A stretch of 64,000 nucleotides of DNA from Felis catus (taxonomy: Eukaryota). Of this stretch, positions 1 to 12,149 are shown piece by piece. How positions within the stretch are numbered: position 1 is the stretch's first letter; each line of letters opens with the position of its first letter. Made by a program: the position numbers and the translations under genes. The notes under the pieces were generated by a model. It made no database searches. It was not told where the DNA came from and worked only from the letters and a program-made list of their open reading frames with translations. Location: NCBI RefSeq assembly GCF_018350175.1, contig NC_058368.1, positions 222,024,001 through 222,088,000 of the forward strand, read 5' to 3'.

Positions 1-544
1 TGTCCTTCCTCCAAAATTGAATAAAATACATAGTGTTGGAGACCCTTTGATTTACCTTTAAAAGTGTTTACCTGTATCCTTAAGTTTGGACAAAACTCAT
101 TCTGCTGTGCGATGTCACATGGCAGACAATGCCACAAACTCATGAATCATTAGAAAGAAGTGTTTCTAATTGCATCTACAGGAAGAGAGTCCCAGGAAAA
201 TACTTGAGCCGGAAGCAAGTATACTTTCTTCACATACCTCTTCTTCATAAGACAGGTCCACTCACTTGCTAACTGCTACTGCGGCCAACTAGGTACCTTG
301 AACTGCAAAAGGCGATAGGGAATTTCGATGTAATGCCTTTTCTCACAATGAACTTTTGTGAAAATTTCCCTAATTTAGCCCAGTGCTTCTTACTTATCAT
401 ATGCAAAATACTAAACCAACATCAATATTTTAATTTGGTTTAAATAGCTCTGTGTATTTCAAAGCCTAGTATAACAGACTTTCTGCCCATTCTAGATTTA
501 CCCACCCCTTGAATAATGTGACTGAATTAAATAAATATTATTAT

Positions 545-992
545 CTAGGATTAGGCTCAGTTTCTCCCTCTCCCACCCCCACCCCCCCCCACCCCGGAAA
601 TTTAAAGTCTCATTCATTTAAAGGCACAGTACTTTATTCTTTCACACAAAAGCCATCTGGAGGGAAGTAGTCTAGGGCAGGTATGAAGATTCCAAAAATT
701 CATTAGTTGTTTTAGAAATTCCAGTTATCCTCACTCTCTTCCTTAAATAGTAAACCGTATCCCCAGGGACTAAGACTGCAAGGGAATGGAAGCCAGGGCA
801 TCTGCATTCTAGGCCAACCTTGAATTAAAGATAAAGACAACCCTGTCCTTTTAAAGAAACATCTCACTGATTATAACGGTAATTATATGGATATAATTGC
901 CAACAAGGCAGCGTATACAGCTGAATATTTGGGTTTCTCTTATTGAGGAGGTAAAGAATAGATATGTCGGTAGACAACCAAAAGTCTGCCAC
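545..992 (-). mobile_element. MaLR LTR (MLT1J/K-like), decayed
   Basis: Ends GGTAGACAACCAAAAGTCTGCCACA (reverse complement of the MLT1 TGTGGCAGA start); internal TCTGGAGGGAAGTAGTCTAGGGCAGGTATG resembles MLT1. Confidence 0.6.
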
Positions 993-1689
993 AGAGACCA
1001 GTTAGAAGTTATGAAATTTTATTTGCATTATTTTTTGTTTTATTTTTTTTTAGTGATTGGGAATGCTGAACTTACTATTCTAAAAATTTTAGCTAACCAT
1101 GATCTTTATAATTGCATAAGAATCATAATAAATTTATGTAGGTAAATAAACTTTTAACTGTCTATATGGAACGTATCCGAGACCCACATATTCCTTGATG
1201 TTGTGCTATTACTTTTGCCTCAAATAACGATTTAATCTCCTTACATTTATATAACAAAAACAATCCACACAACATATTCTATGGAAGATAACTGAAATAC
1301 ATTAATAGATCACAGATGTGGAGAAGACAGAATATGTTTTCATTTCATGTAAGCATTTAGATACAAAAAGACGACACTATATCTTTCTGCCCTGTATAAA
1401 AGTATAGATATCTTTCAAGCAATTGTTTTAAAGTGATTTCTTGCACAGATCTGCTCTAAATATATCAGGATGCACAATATAATAGGTGGAGTTTAAACCT
1501 GGTAGCAAATGCTTGTTAAACAAATCTTCAGAATATTATTGTCAGATTAATATTCTTTTCTTTGTGGGAAAATGTGTCTATCTCTAAACATAGAACACAT
1601 AAGGGAATAAGTTAATGATATATTTGTAGATGCACTTGAGCCATGATATAATGTCCATCTTAAGGATTTCAATACACTGCATAACTATC

Positions 1690-2095
1690 CCCAAAGTTCA
1701 CCCTAGCCTCACCCTCTTAGCTGTTTGCTTGCATAGAATTCTGGAATTGCACCTTGGCAAACTCTTTCACCTTCTTTAAAGCTTTGCTTAAATGTCATTT
1801 CTAAATTTGGTCAATCTTAGCCATCATGTTTCATACTGCCACCAACCCCCCATCATCTCATTCATACATTTCTAATCTCCTATGATGTACATTTTCTCTT
1901 TCCATACCACGTATCATGTTCTGGTACACCAAATATTCACTTACTTATCATTTTAATTATTATTTGCATATTTGCCTGTATAGGTCAGCTTTATGAAAAT
2001 GCAGATCTTTGTCTTCCCTTTCTTTCTCTAGTATAAACCAAATACCTAGAAGAATACAGCACGGGTATTCAATACATATTTGTCAACTGAACTAA
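1690..2095 (+). mobile_element. L2 LINE 3' end
   Basis: CTTTGCTTAAATGTCATTT ... CCTAGAAGAATAC ... GTATTCAATACATATTTGTCAACTGAA matches the L2a 3' terminus pattern. Confidence 0.65.
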
Positions 2096-3470
2096 TAGTA
2101 TAGACATTTGCATGCCAGGCAGAGTTCAATTCTTCATGGGATCATAACAAAGACACATAATGTGATTGCTCTCTCATTCTCCAGATGCATCTATCCCCAA
2201 GCTCTCCTAACAAATTTGTGTCCCATCAACAGCACATCCACAAAACGGATCCACAAAATGCTTTCTTGTTCCTGCTCCAGCCAGACTGACAATGGTTTGG
2301 GCATTTTTATTTTGAACCAGAGGCTGACCTGCAAAGTGAACTGTGGCTTAGACCTGGTGCCCCATTAATCAATGAATAAAGCTTTACTTATCTGGAAGTA
2401 TCAGGTGCTCCAAAAGACTTAACTCTATTTCTTCATGTTCACAGGACAGGTTGGAGGTTTCTCCTCTCTGCTATGTTTTTGCATTTTCCATATCATATTA
2501 TTATTTACTTACTTTTAGGTCTCCACAATTAGTTTGTGAGTTCTTTGAAGACAAAGATTTTCATTTATTTTGTTGGAATTCCTGCACCCAGTGGAGAGCA
2601 TAATGCAGAGAAATTATCCTTTAAATATTTATACAGTGGAGTAAAGATGCATTCAGGTAAACTCTTCATTTTCCCCATAGAGTAATATCTAAGAATTTTA
2701 AATATAACTTGCCAGTATTCACTGTTAACCCATAATGGTGTGTTTACTACTTTCTGCTATTTTTCTATTTCCCTTCAACTTCTTTTAAAGACTAAAATTT
2801 TATTTTCTTTCATGATATCAGTTTAAATCATTACCCTATCTTCAAATTTAGTACCTTGATTCTTTCTCATTTGTGAGGAGGAAGGTCCATGCATAACCAG
2901 GAATATAAATGACATATGAATAAATTCTAGTCTGATGGTTCACAAACCTTTATTTCTGTTGGCCTCTTCTTGGTACCATTAATATGTATAGCAAAAATGT
3001 GGTTGTTTTCATAGTCAAGTGGAGAGAGAAGGAACTGTTTGAAATTATTTACAGAGTAAACCCTGTTAGCTGATCTGATATAGGGAAAAGTTGAATGAGG
3101 GAAATTAACATTTCATATTTGGTGCATATTGTGAGAACATGTCTAGAAATGGTAACATCAGACTAAGTGGAGAATATCTTTAAGGAAAGGGTATATTAAA
3201 GTGAAACTAAATTTATATGATGACAGTGCATAAAATACTAAGACTTTATTTTGTAAGTAACTGAAAGAGACAGAGGAATAAGCTCACGTACAACACTTTA
3301 GCACCCATAACATCATTGAACTTACTCGTAGCCATGAGCGACTGCCCACATGGCCATTTCTAAACTGCCCGAAGTCAGTGATGTTGCTGGGATGATTCTG
3401 AAAACTCCACACGTCCTATCCTCACGAGTTGAAGCAAATCTAGAGACAGTCTTTAAGCTATCTTATTTGC

Positions 3471-3501
<31 letters not shown>

Positions 3502-3508
3502 CAAAAAA
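3471..3508 (+). repeat. (AAAAC)n microsatellite between direct repeats
   Basis: Directly visible; flanked on both sides by CTATCTTATTTGC. Confidence 0.95.
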
Positions 3509-4236
3509 CTATCTTATTTGCCTCAAAAACAAAAATAAATTAAAAATTCAATTGGATCTAAATACAAAAATTTGACCATTCGGCATTATTTATTAATTAG
3601 TTCATGCTTTTACAGATCAGTGTAGAAAAAGGATCACAATTTCCTAGTTCATTACTGTAAAATACATTAAATGGATGATGTTGAGCAGATAAGTTTAATA
3701 ATACCAGAGTTACTAATTTTTCTGAGCCCCTTCATAAAAAGAGAGCAAGTACAACCTGAAAGCAAAAGCTGATGGACAAATTTTTCAACAAAATGAAGTA
3801 ATAAAGTATCCCCACAGACTTCAAAATAAAAGTGGGTGGGGGCAAACACTGAAAGTCAAAAAAATGCTGCATGTTACAGGACTCTATATGAGGAAAACCT
3901 ATGGGAAGTAAAGGGATGGCTGATAAACCCAAAAATAGGAAATCCCTAAAATAGCCATCTGGAATTAACTGGGCAGCCCTAGGCCAAACTGAGAACAGCA
4001 GCTGACACAGGAAGTGATTTTATACAGCTAAAAGGAGTTGAATGCAGGAGGACAATAGTGCTTCTCAAGGGAATGGTTGTGATTAGCACTGATGAACCCT
4101 TTTAGAAAGTGAGCCGTTGGACATTTCTTCAAAACAGGACCCCAAACTGAGAAGAAATTCCTGGGAGTGGAATAAAAATATGAAGAATAATAGAAAAGAA
4201 AGAAAGAGAAGGTCCATATGAAGGTGATTGTAGGGC

Positions 4237-4503
4237 GGGGCATCCGGGTAGTTCAGTGGCTTAAACATGTGAATTTAGCTCAGATAATCATCTCACAGTT
4301 CAGGAGTTCGAGCCCTGCATCAGGCTCTGTGCTGACAGCTCAGAGCCTAGAGCCTGCTTCAGATTCTGCGTCTCCTTCTCTCTCTGTCCCTCCCTTGCTT
4401 GTTCCCTGTCTCTCTCTGTCTCTCAAAAATAAACATTAAAAAATTAAAAATTAAATAAATAAATAAATTAATAAATAAAACATTAAAAAGATTAAAAGAA
4501 AAA
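4237..4503 (+). mobile_element. CanSINE
   Basis: tRNA-derived head with B box GAGTTCGAGCCC, CT-rich region, AATAAA, A-rich tail; decayed TSD. Confidence 0.95.
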
Positions 4504-5493
4504 GTCATTGTCGGGACCATTACCAGTAAGTCTTGGAAATTTAGTTTTCATATTTTAAACACCAGATGCACACATACACATACATGGAATCACACATGAA
4601 AAAAATTGTCTGAGCTTAGAAGATACTATAAATGACAACATACTTCAACAAGTTTGAGTAAACTGATCTGATATAAAAATGACCAACTGAGTGTAAAAGG
4701 AAGAAAAAAAAGAGTAACGTGCTGAAGAACATGCCTACATACAATGAAAATTCGTCACAGTTATGGCCACAGAATGAAGGGTGCCTTTTATTCCAATGCA
4801 AGGGAAGACATTAATAAAGCACTACTAAACACAATCTAACAACATAGCAGAGTTTGAAAAACTCAGAAATATGTTGATAAAATTGAGGAAATAATTTTAG
4901 AAATACAAGAAAAATAATTTTAGCCAAGGCCACGAAACTTGAAGCAACACAATTGTGAATAAGTGGAATAGAGAGTGCCTTACCAGAAACACGTTAAATG
5001 GGAAAAACTTAAAAACCCAAGGAAACGAAGAAAAATTAAGAAAATTGAAATATAACAGCTATTGTCAATAGGGAAAGATTCAACATACAGTGAATATACA
5101 TCTTTAAAGATAAAATGAATACGTGGTTGCAGAATATAGACTAAAATCTCTAGCTCAAAAAAGTTCCTGGTTTTTACAAAAGGTTACAAAACATTATAAA
5201 CAGATTAAATTATGAAAAACGTGCACCATATACCTGAGAATACAAAACCGATGTGAAGAATTCTGATGCAGGTTGTAATGAAATTACTATAGTTTAAATT
5301 AAAAAAAAAATCCTCTGGACCTATAGACAAAAGTACCAAAAGGAAAAGTAGATTATCTTCAGAATTTTTAAAGCAGCACTTTACAAATGATAAAATTGAA
5401 TAATGTCATTAATATATCAAGAAAAGAATATTTAAACAAAGAAGTGCATATCCATCAAAACTGATACTCAAGGCAAAATGTAGAATCAGACTA

Positions 5494-5712
5494 TTTTTTT
5501 TATTTTTTTAACGTTTATTTATTTTTGAGAGACAGTGAGAGACACATTGTGAGTGGGGGAGGGGCACAGAGGGAGAGGGACAGAATCCAAACCAGGTATC
5601 AGGTTCCGAGCTGTCAGTACAGAGCCCCACGTGGGGCTCCAACCCACAAACCATGAGATTATGACCTGAGCTGAAGTCAGATGCTCAACCTACTGAGCCA
5701 CTTAGGTGCCCC
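5494..5712 (-). mobile_element. CanSINE
   Basis: Full length; TSD GT(A/G)GAATCAGACTATT. Confidence 0.95.
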
Positions 5713-5730
5713 GTGGAATCAGACTATTAA

Positions 5731-5820
5731 CAGCAGTGAGCCCAATGTGGGGCTTGAACCCATGGACGAGACCCTGAGCTGAAGTCAGAGGCTTCACTGA
5801 CTGAGTCCCCTAGGAGCCCC
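5731..5820 (-). mobile_element. CanSINE head-only fragment
   Basis: tRNA-like head only; no CT tract or tail. Confidence 0.85.
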
Positions 5821-5863
5821 AACAAGAACTTTTCTTGAAGTATTCATTCAAGAGTAGACTTCA

Positions 5864-6115
5864 GGGGAGCCTGGGTGCCTCAGTCGGTTGAGTGTTGGAC
5901 TTCAGCTCAGGTCATGATCTCCCGGTTGGTGAGTTTGGGCCCCACATCAGGCTCTGTGTTGCCAGCTCAGAGCCTGGAGCCTGCTTTCGATTCTGTGTCT
6001 CCCTCTCTCTCTTCCCCTCCCCACCCCCGTCCTCTGTCTCTCTCTGTCTCAAAAATAAAGAAATGTAAAAAAAAACAAAAAAAAAAACAAAACAAAAACA
6101 AACAAACAAACAAAC
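5864..6115 (+). mobile_element. CanSINE
   Basis: Full length; TSD TAGACTTCA. Confidence 0.95.
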
Positions 6116-7417
6116 ATAGACTTCAAATATGAGCATAAATGCTGGTGGTAAGTTTTAAACATATAATAACTGAAAGAACGAAAGCTAAAAGGGAAAAGGT
6201 ATGAGCATAATGGTATATATGCATTCAGTGTAGATATAGTAACATTGTAAAATATATGGAGAAGACAGAGAATATATGCATTTTTAAAATTGCTTTCCCA
6301 GTGGTTATGTAGGTTGTGGTGTTGGTTTTATTAATGTAATTCTTAAATGATTATGTGTGTCATGTGGATAAAGTATTAATTATGATGCATTCTATTTCTG
6401 TCATCCCCTGTGTCCTTGAAAACCAGTTATCTCGGTATGGAAGAAAGGAAATACAGATGTAATCTAGATAATATTAACTAAAGCCTGGTTGTACTGAATT
6501 TAAATTGGAAGATTCAATATGAATACATGAGAAATTTTATCTCTAAAAAAACTTTAAAAACTTTACACATAGATATGAAATACACAGAGACATATTTTTA
6601 TAGTTCTGTTCACTAAAGAAGCCTAGCCTGAAACTAATGACCAGTTCAGAAGCAGTGAACATCTCCAGTGGTTATAGTTTTAAAGTGCCATATCCTTTTA
6701 AAATAAAGCAGATCTTCTTGGGGGGGAAAAAGAATGGAATGCAAGTGGGATTTGGAATGTGAAAAAAATACAAGATAAAACTGGAACACCTGGTTAACAA
6801 AATGGTGGATAAGACATCAAAAAAAAGTTGCTGGAGTCATGTCAAAAGTACTTATGAGCCAATGGCTCACTCACTAAATTGACACAATTTTAGTTACAAA
6901 TAAAATAATAAACAATACATTAAATAAATATAAAACCATAAATTCATAATTAAATCATATAAAAGAAACTTAGTGGTTGAACTTTGGAAAATTACAGAGA
7001 ACTAATGCATTATCCTGAAAACTGGGAAAAGAGAGAATATGAAACAAACATTTATTCTGAATTTCTTGTATGAACTACATCACTGCATACCCAAATTCTA
7101 GAAGAAAGGAAGTGTTTTTTTAGAAAAAAAATGCAAGTAATTAATTTAAAAGAAGAGATATTTAAAACGTCAACAGTTTGCAATTTTCAATCACAAGTGT
7201 ATGTTGGCAATAACAAACATACCAAAAAAAAAAAAAGGAAAGAAAGAATAGATATTATATTTTTCCTAATGAAATAGCAATCGACAAAATCTAACCTACA
7301 GAAAAATCTGCAAGTTAAAAATCCCAGATTATTTTACAGGAAAAAAAAATATATATATATAAGAAAAAAGATGGAGGGAGAAATCTATAGGTTAAAGTAG
7401 ATTTATTTTTCTTTTAA

Positions 7418-8515
7418 TTAACCATCCCAGCAAGTTATTTTGTGGATTGCAATAACTTATTGAAAAGTTTATATGGAGAGACAAATGACCCAGAATAGCC
7501 AATACAATACTGAAGGAGAACAAAGTGAGAATTCACACTACCCAACTTCAAAAACTACTATAAAGCTATAGTAATAGAGGCAGTATTTCAGTATTTCAGT
7601 ATTTCAGAAAGCCCTGAAATACACCCACATGAATATGGTCAACCAATCTTTGACAAAGGAGTAAACACAATACAGAAGAACAAAGTCAGTCTCTCCCACA
7701 AATGGTGCTGTATCAACTGGACGTCCACATACAAACAAATGAGCCATAGATCCTCCACAAAAAGTAATTCATTGCTGGTGGGAATGCAGATGATACACTT
7801 TGGAAAAGTCTGTCAGTTTTAGACAAAGCTAAACATAGTCTTGTTATATAGTCCAGCAATCATTATTATGTCCACAAAAAACCTATCCACAGATGTCTAT
7901 AAGAACTGTATTGATAATTGCCAGAATGTGGAAGCAACCAAGTTGGCGTTCCATTTGTGAATGCATAAACTATGGTCCATCTGAACAATGAAATATTTTT
8001 CATTGCTGAAGAGAAATGAGCTATCAAGCCATGAAAAGAAATGGAGGAACCTTAAGTGAATATTATTACTGAGTGAAAGAAGCCTGACTTCAACCATAAG
8101 AGTCCATGAAAATGTCAAAACTATGGAGGCAGTAAAAGATCAATGTTTTCCGGGGAAATGGGAGGATGGGTTATGGATAGGGGAAGCACAGAGAATTTTT
8201 AGAGCAGTGAAAATACTCAGTAGGACACTATAATAATGGATAGTTATGGTTCCTGATTTGTCCAAAGCCACTGAATTCATATCACCGAGAGTGAACCCTA
8301 AAGTAAACTCTGGACTTTGGATGATAATGATGTGTCAATGTAAGTTCATCAGATGTAACAAATGTATCAGTAGTGGAAGAATTTGATAATGAGAGAGGTT
8401 CTGTCTGTGTAAATGTAGGTGTTATATGGGAAATCTCTATCTTCCCTTCAAATTTGCTGTGACCCTAAAACTACCCTAAAAATATATTTAAAATAAATTA
8501 GAATAAAAAAAAATA
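7418..8515 (+). mobile_element. L1 (L1MC1-like) ORF2 3' remnant and 3' UTR
   Basis: CCCAACTTCAAAAACTACTATAAAGCTATAGTAAT (PNFKNYYKAIV, ORF2 motif); 3' UTR AGAGTGAACCCTAAAGTAAACTCTGGACTTTGG; A-rich end. Confidence 0.85.
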
Positions 8516-8788
8516 AATGGACCAGACTAAACACAAATGTGTGGGGATGATCATTTAGGAAACAAAACTATAAAGTAATGCAAAGAAGTTATTACTGCAA
8601 AAGTTAGGCAAATTTTATTTTGGAGGGTAGGAGAGACCTAGGATGGGGTCAAAGTGCTTGATGGGCTTCTGGCAAGGCTGGTAAAGATCAATTTATTGGC
8701 ATGGGTGGTGGTGCAGGATATTTTTCTTAGAATAACTCACTAATGTAAATGTTGAGGCCTGGAGTACAGCAGATTAGGGATGATTTTC

Positions 8789-9004
8789 TTTTTTTTTTTT
8801 TTTAATGTTTATTTATTTTTGAGACAGAGAGAGACAGAGCATGAACAGGGGAGGGTCAGAGAGAGGGAGACACAGAATCCGAAACAGGCTCCAGGCTCTG
8901 AGCTGTCTGCACAGAGCCCGACGCGGGGCTCGAACTCACGAACCGCGAGACCGTGACCTGAGCCGAAGTCAGCCGCTCAACCGACTGAGCCACCCAGGCG
9001 CCCC
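8789..9004 (-). mobile_element. CanSINE, young felid type
   Basis: CpGs intact; exact 13-bp TSD GGATGATTTTCTT. Confidence 0.97.
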
Positions 9005-9098
9005 GGATGATTTTCTTAAAGTGAGTGGTGGGTCAAATTAGAGGAACTGAGCAAAGCAAAAGAAAGTTACAAGGAACTCTGGAAACTTGGTGATTTTG

Positions 9099-9308
9099 TT
9101 ATATTTTTAAAAATCTGTTAACATTTATTTAGTTTTGAAAGAGAGTGCAATTGGGGAAGGGCAGAGAGTGGGAGACAGAGGATTAAAAGGAAGCTCTTAG
9201 CTGTGAGCTCAGTGCCTGATGGGGGCCTTGAACACAGGAACTGTGAGATCATGACCTGCGCCGAAATCAGAGTCGACTGCTAAACCGACTGAGCCACCCA
9301 GGCACCCC
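9099..9308 (-). mobile_element. CanSINE
   Basis: TSD GGAAA(C/T)TTGGTGATTTTG. Confidence 0.93.
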
Positions 9309-9528
9309 AGGAAATTTGGTGATTTTGAAAATATAATTGCAAATTAACTGCACATTCTGAATGATGAAAGCTCGCAAAAAATCATGGCTAACTTCAAATT
9401 TGTGAAAAAAAAATTTTTGCATGAAAGGTGCATGCGTAATCAGTTTTACTTTATGATGCATCTTGTGGTAAGACATATTTTCCTTAACACCTATGACAGA
9501 AATTTTTTAAAATTATAATGGTTAATAA

Positions 9529-9742
9529 GGGTGCCTGGGTGGGCCAGTCACTTTAACATCCGACTTCAGCTCAGGTCATGATTTCAGGGTTCATGAGCTC
9601 CAGCCCTGGGTCGGGCTAGGTGCTGACAGCTCAGAGCTTGGAGCCTGCTTCGGATTTTGTGTCTCCCTCTCTCTCTGCCTTCCCCTGATTGTGATTTCTC
9701 TCTCTCTCTCTATCAAAAATAAATAAACATTAAAATAATTTA
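9529..9742 (+). mobile_element. CanSINE
   Basis: TSD AAAAATTATAATGGTTAATA. Confidence 0.95.
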
Positions 9743-11518
9743 AAAATTATAATGGTTAATAGGTACATCAGTTAAAAAATATTTACAATTGAATGGTGTA
9801 TTTAATAACAGAATTCCTGGTTTCTGATGTTAACTAAATTAATTCCTGATTTCTGAGGTCAACTGTATTAAGAATGTACACTACAAATATGTTTTAAGTT
9901 AAATTATATGAAGTAATTATAAGTATGCCATTCTTCAATGAATATCTTAGAAAGCAATTCACTCCTGTGTTTAGTATTAATGGAAAAAATTAAGAATATA
10001 TTGAATATATAGTTCAATATGATCTTAGCTAAAAACTATTCTAAACAAATAAATGGATTTTATGAAATATTTTTTGTATAACAGATGCTAATGTTAGTCT
10101 AGCAAAGTAGCATTTATGCTCTGTAGAGAGCTAATCAATTTATAGTAATCACTTTGATCCTTATTATTGAATTTATATGCTAAGCAGATGAACTGAATTA
10201 ATGATTATTACCAAACTGTTTCTTGTTATTAAAATTTTCCTTGCTTTCAGATAGTCATATATGACATGTAATCCATTGTTCTTAAATAGACAAATGCTAG
10301 CTTTAAATATGCACTATGAAAACCTAATATGAAGCATACCATACGTATCTACCATTTTATGAAATGATCACATGAGGATAAAATTATATTAACTCGATTC
10401 ATTTATAATATTTACTGTGGTAAGCTTCTATAAACTCCAAAGTAAATAGCAAGTGTTGACATAACAAAAAGTGGAAGGATAATTTTTAATGTTGATTTTA
10501 TTAAATAAATGATTAGTCGATAATAGCATGCTATTTTAGACAGAATGTTTAGGGTAGTGTTAGTTCCATTTTGTAGTAACGTCTACAAATAGCCATTAGT
10601 TACAAATGTCTGTGTTGAAAAAGGGGCGGGAAACAAACATTTAGGAAGCAGCATCTATGGGTGTGGCTTTCAAGGGAACTTGAAATGTCAAGCTTGTCGT
10701 GAGTAGTGCTAGTTATAATTACCTAAAGTCATGTTAAGCATGGTTTTCAACATATGTAGTAGTTAGAAGAAATACATTCAATTGTTGATAGAGGTCATGA
10801 TTGGCAGATGTGGGGGTTGTTCCCATTCTTTGTCATTACTCCATCAGTTTACATTTTCTTTGAAATCGAGTATGTAAATAAACGACAAAACAACAAAACT
10901 CTAACTCTATATGCTAGTCCTCAGCCAGCATATTTTGCTAGATCAGGGAATTTAGGCATAATCTCCATTACACTTTAGTAATAAACATGTACTGGGAACT
11001 GATGAGTTTACCTTGGTATGGGAAGTTATTTATTTTTCTGCTGCTGCTACTCTTGGGTCCTTGTGAGAACTTAAGATTTACCAAATCAAGGTTTACTTAA
11101 AATCACTAATAATTGTTCTATGTCACTGAGATTGTTTTGAAGTCCGTCAGACACGTTTCCATGAGGATCTTCCCCAAACAGTGATTTTTTAGTATTTTTG
11201 GCAAGGGGTAATTAGGCACCTTTGTCTCCTGTCACCAAAATTTCTTTAGACACTGTATAAAGGAGATTGTCTTTCTAGATACATATAATAATTGAAGGGC
11301 TCAGTAAACAGAGCTAACCATAATTTGGGTAGGGCAGTGTTAATGTAATGGATGAATGACTGAAGTTTAACTGAATTCTTGTTGCTTGAGTTTTTTGTCA
11401 TCTAATTTTTTCAAATAAATCAATCACCAAAAAGATATCTGTTTAGTCTTCTGTTCACATTTCTTTCCTCACTTTGTTACTTTTCTTAATTATTGAAAAT
11501 AAATTAGAATAGTAATTT

Positions 11519-11726
11519 GGGGGCACGTGGGTGGTCTCAGTTGCGGTTAAGCATTCCACTCTTGATAACGGCTCAGGTCATGATCTCATGGTTCATGAGT
11601 TGGAGCCCCACATTGGGCTCTGCACTGAGAGTGTGGAACCTGCTTGGGATTCTCTCTCTCTCCCTCTCCCATTCTCTCTCTCTGTTTTTCTCTCTCAAAA
11701 ACAAAAACAAAATTAGGAAAAAAAAG
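11519..11726 (+). mobile_element. CanSINE, older subfamily
   Basis: Head, GCTTGGGATTCTCTC CT tract, A tail. Confidence 0.93.
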
Positions 11727-12149
11727 AATGTTAATTTGACTAAATTCATTTTCATTCAGTCGCCTACTTGCCCTTATTATGTTAAAAGTTTGAAAGGTTG
11801 GTGTCACACTTTAAATATGGCAAAATCACATGAACCTCCCCTTAACAAAGCTTTCTTGATCATTCACTCACCAGTGCTTAGTCTGTCTATGCATCTTCTA
11901 TGCTTCTTTTCCCCAGTGGTCACAAAATGTAATTTTCTCACATCAGCTGTTTGAGGCTTCCAATGTCTACTGATGATAAAACATTATACTGAGACCCTAT
12001 CTGACATTTAAATATATACTACTCTTCTCTTTTTCCTAGGTTTACCATGGGAAATAAAACCTTAACTGGAAGCCATTGTAAGAACTCGGGCCAATTTAAA
12101 ATTGTATTGTGATCAGTGAAATAATAAACAGAGAATTCTTGCATATAAT

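Larger units (their letters stand above)
3740..7400 (+). mobile_element. Ancient L1-family remnant (L1M/HAL1-like, ORF1 region and downstream), interrupted by SINEs
   Basis: A-rich; 5300-5475 resembles the decayed ORF1 C-terminus (ends ...TATCCATCAAAACTGATACTCAAG, compare ILYPAKLSFK); 6400-6540 resembles old L1 UTR sequence. Confidence 0.5.
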
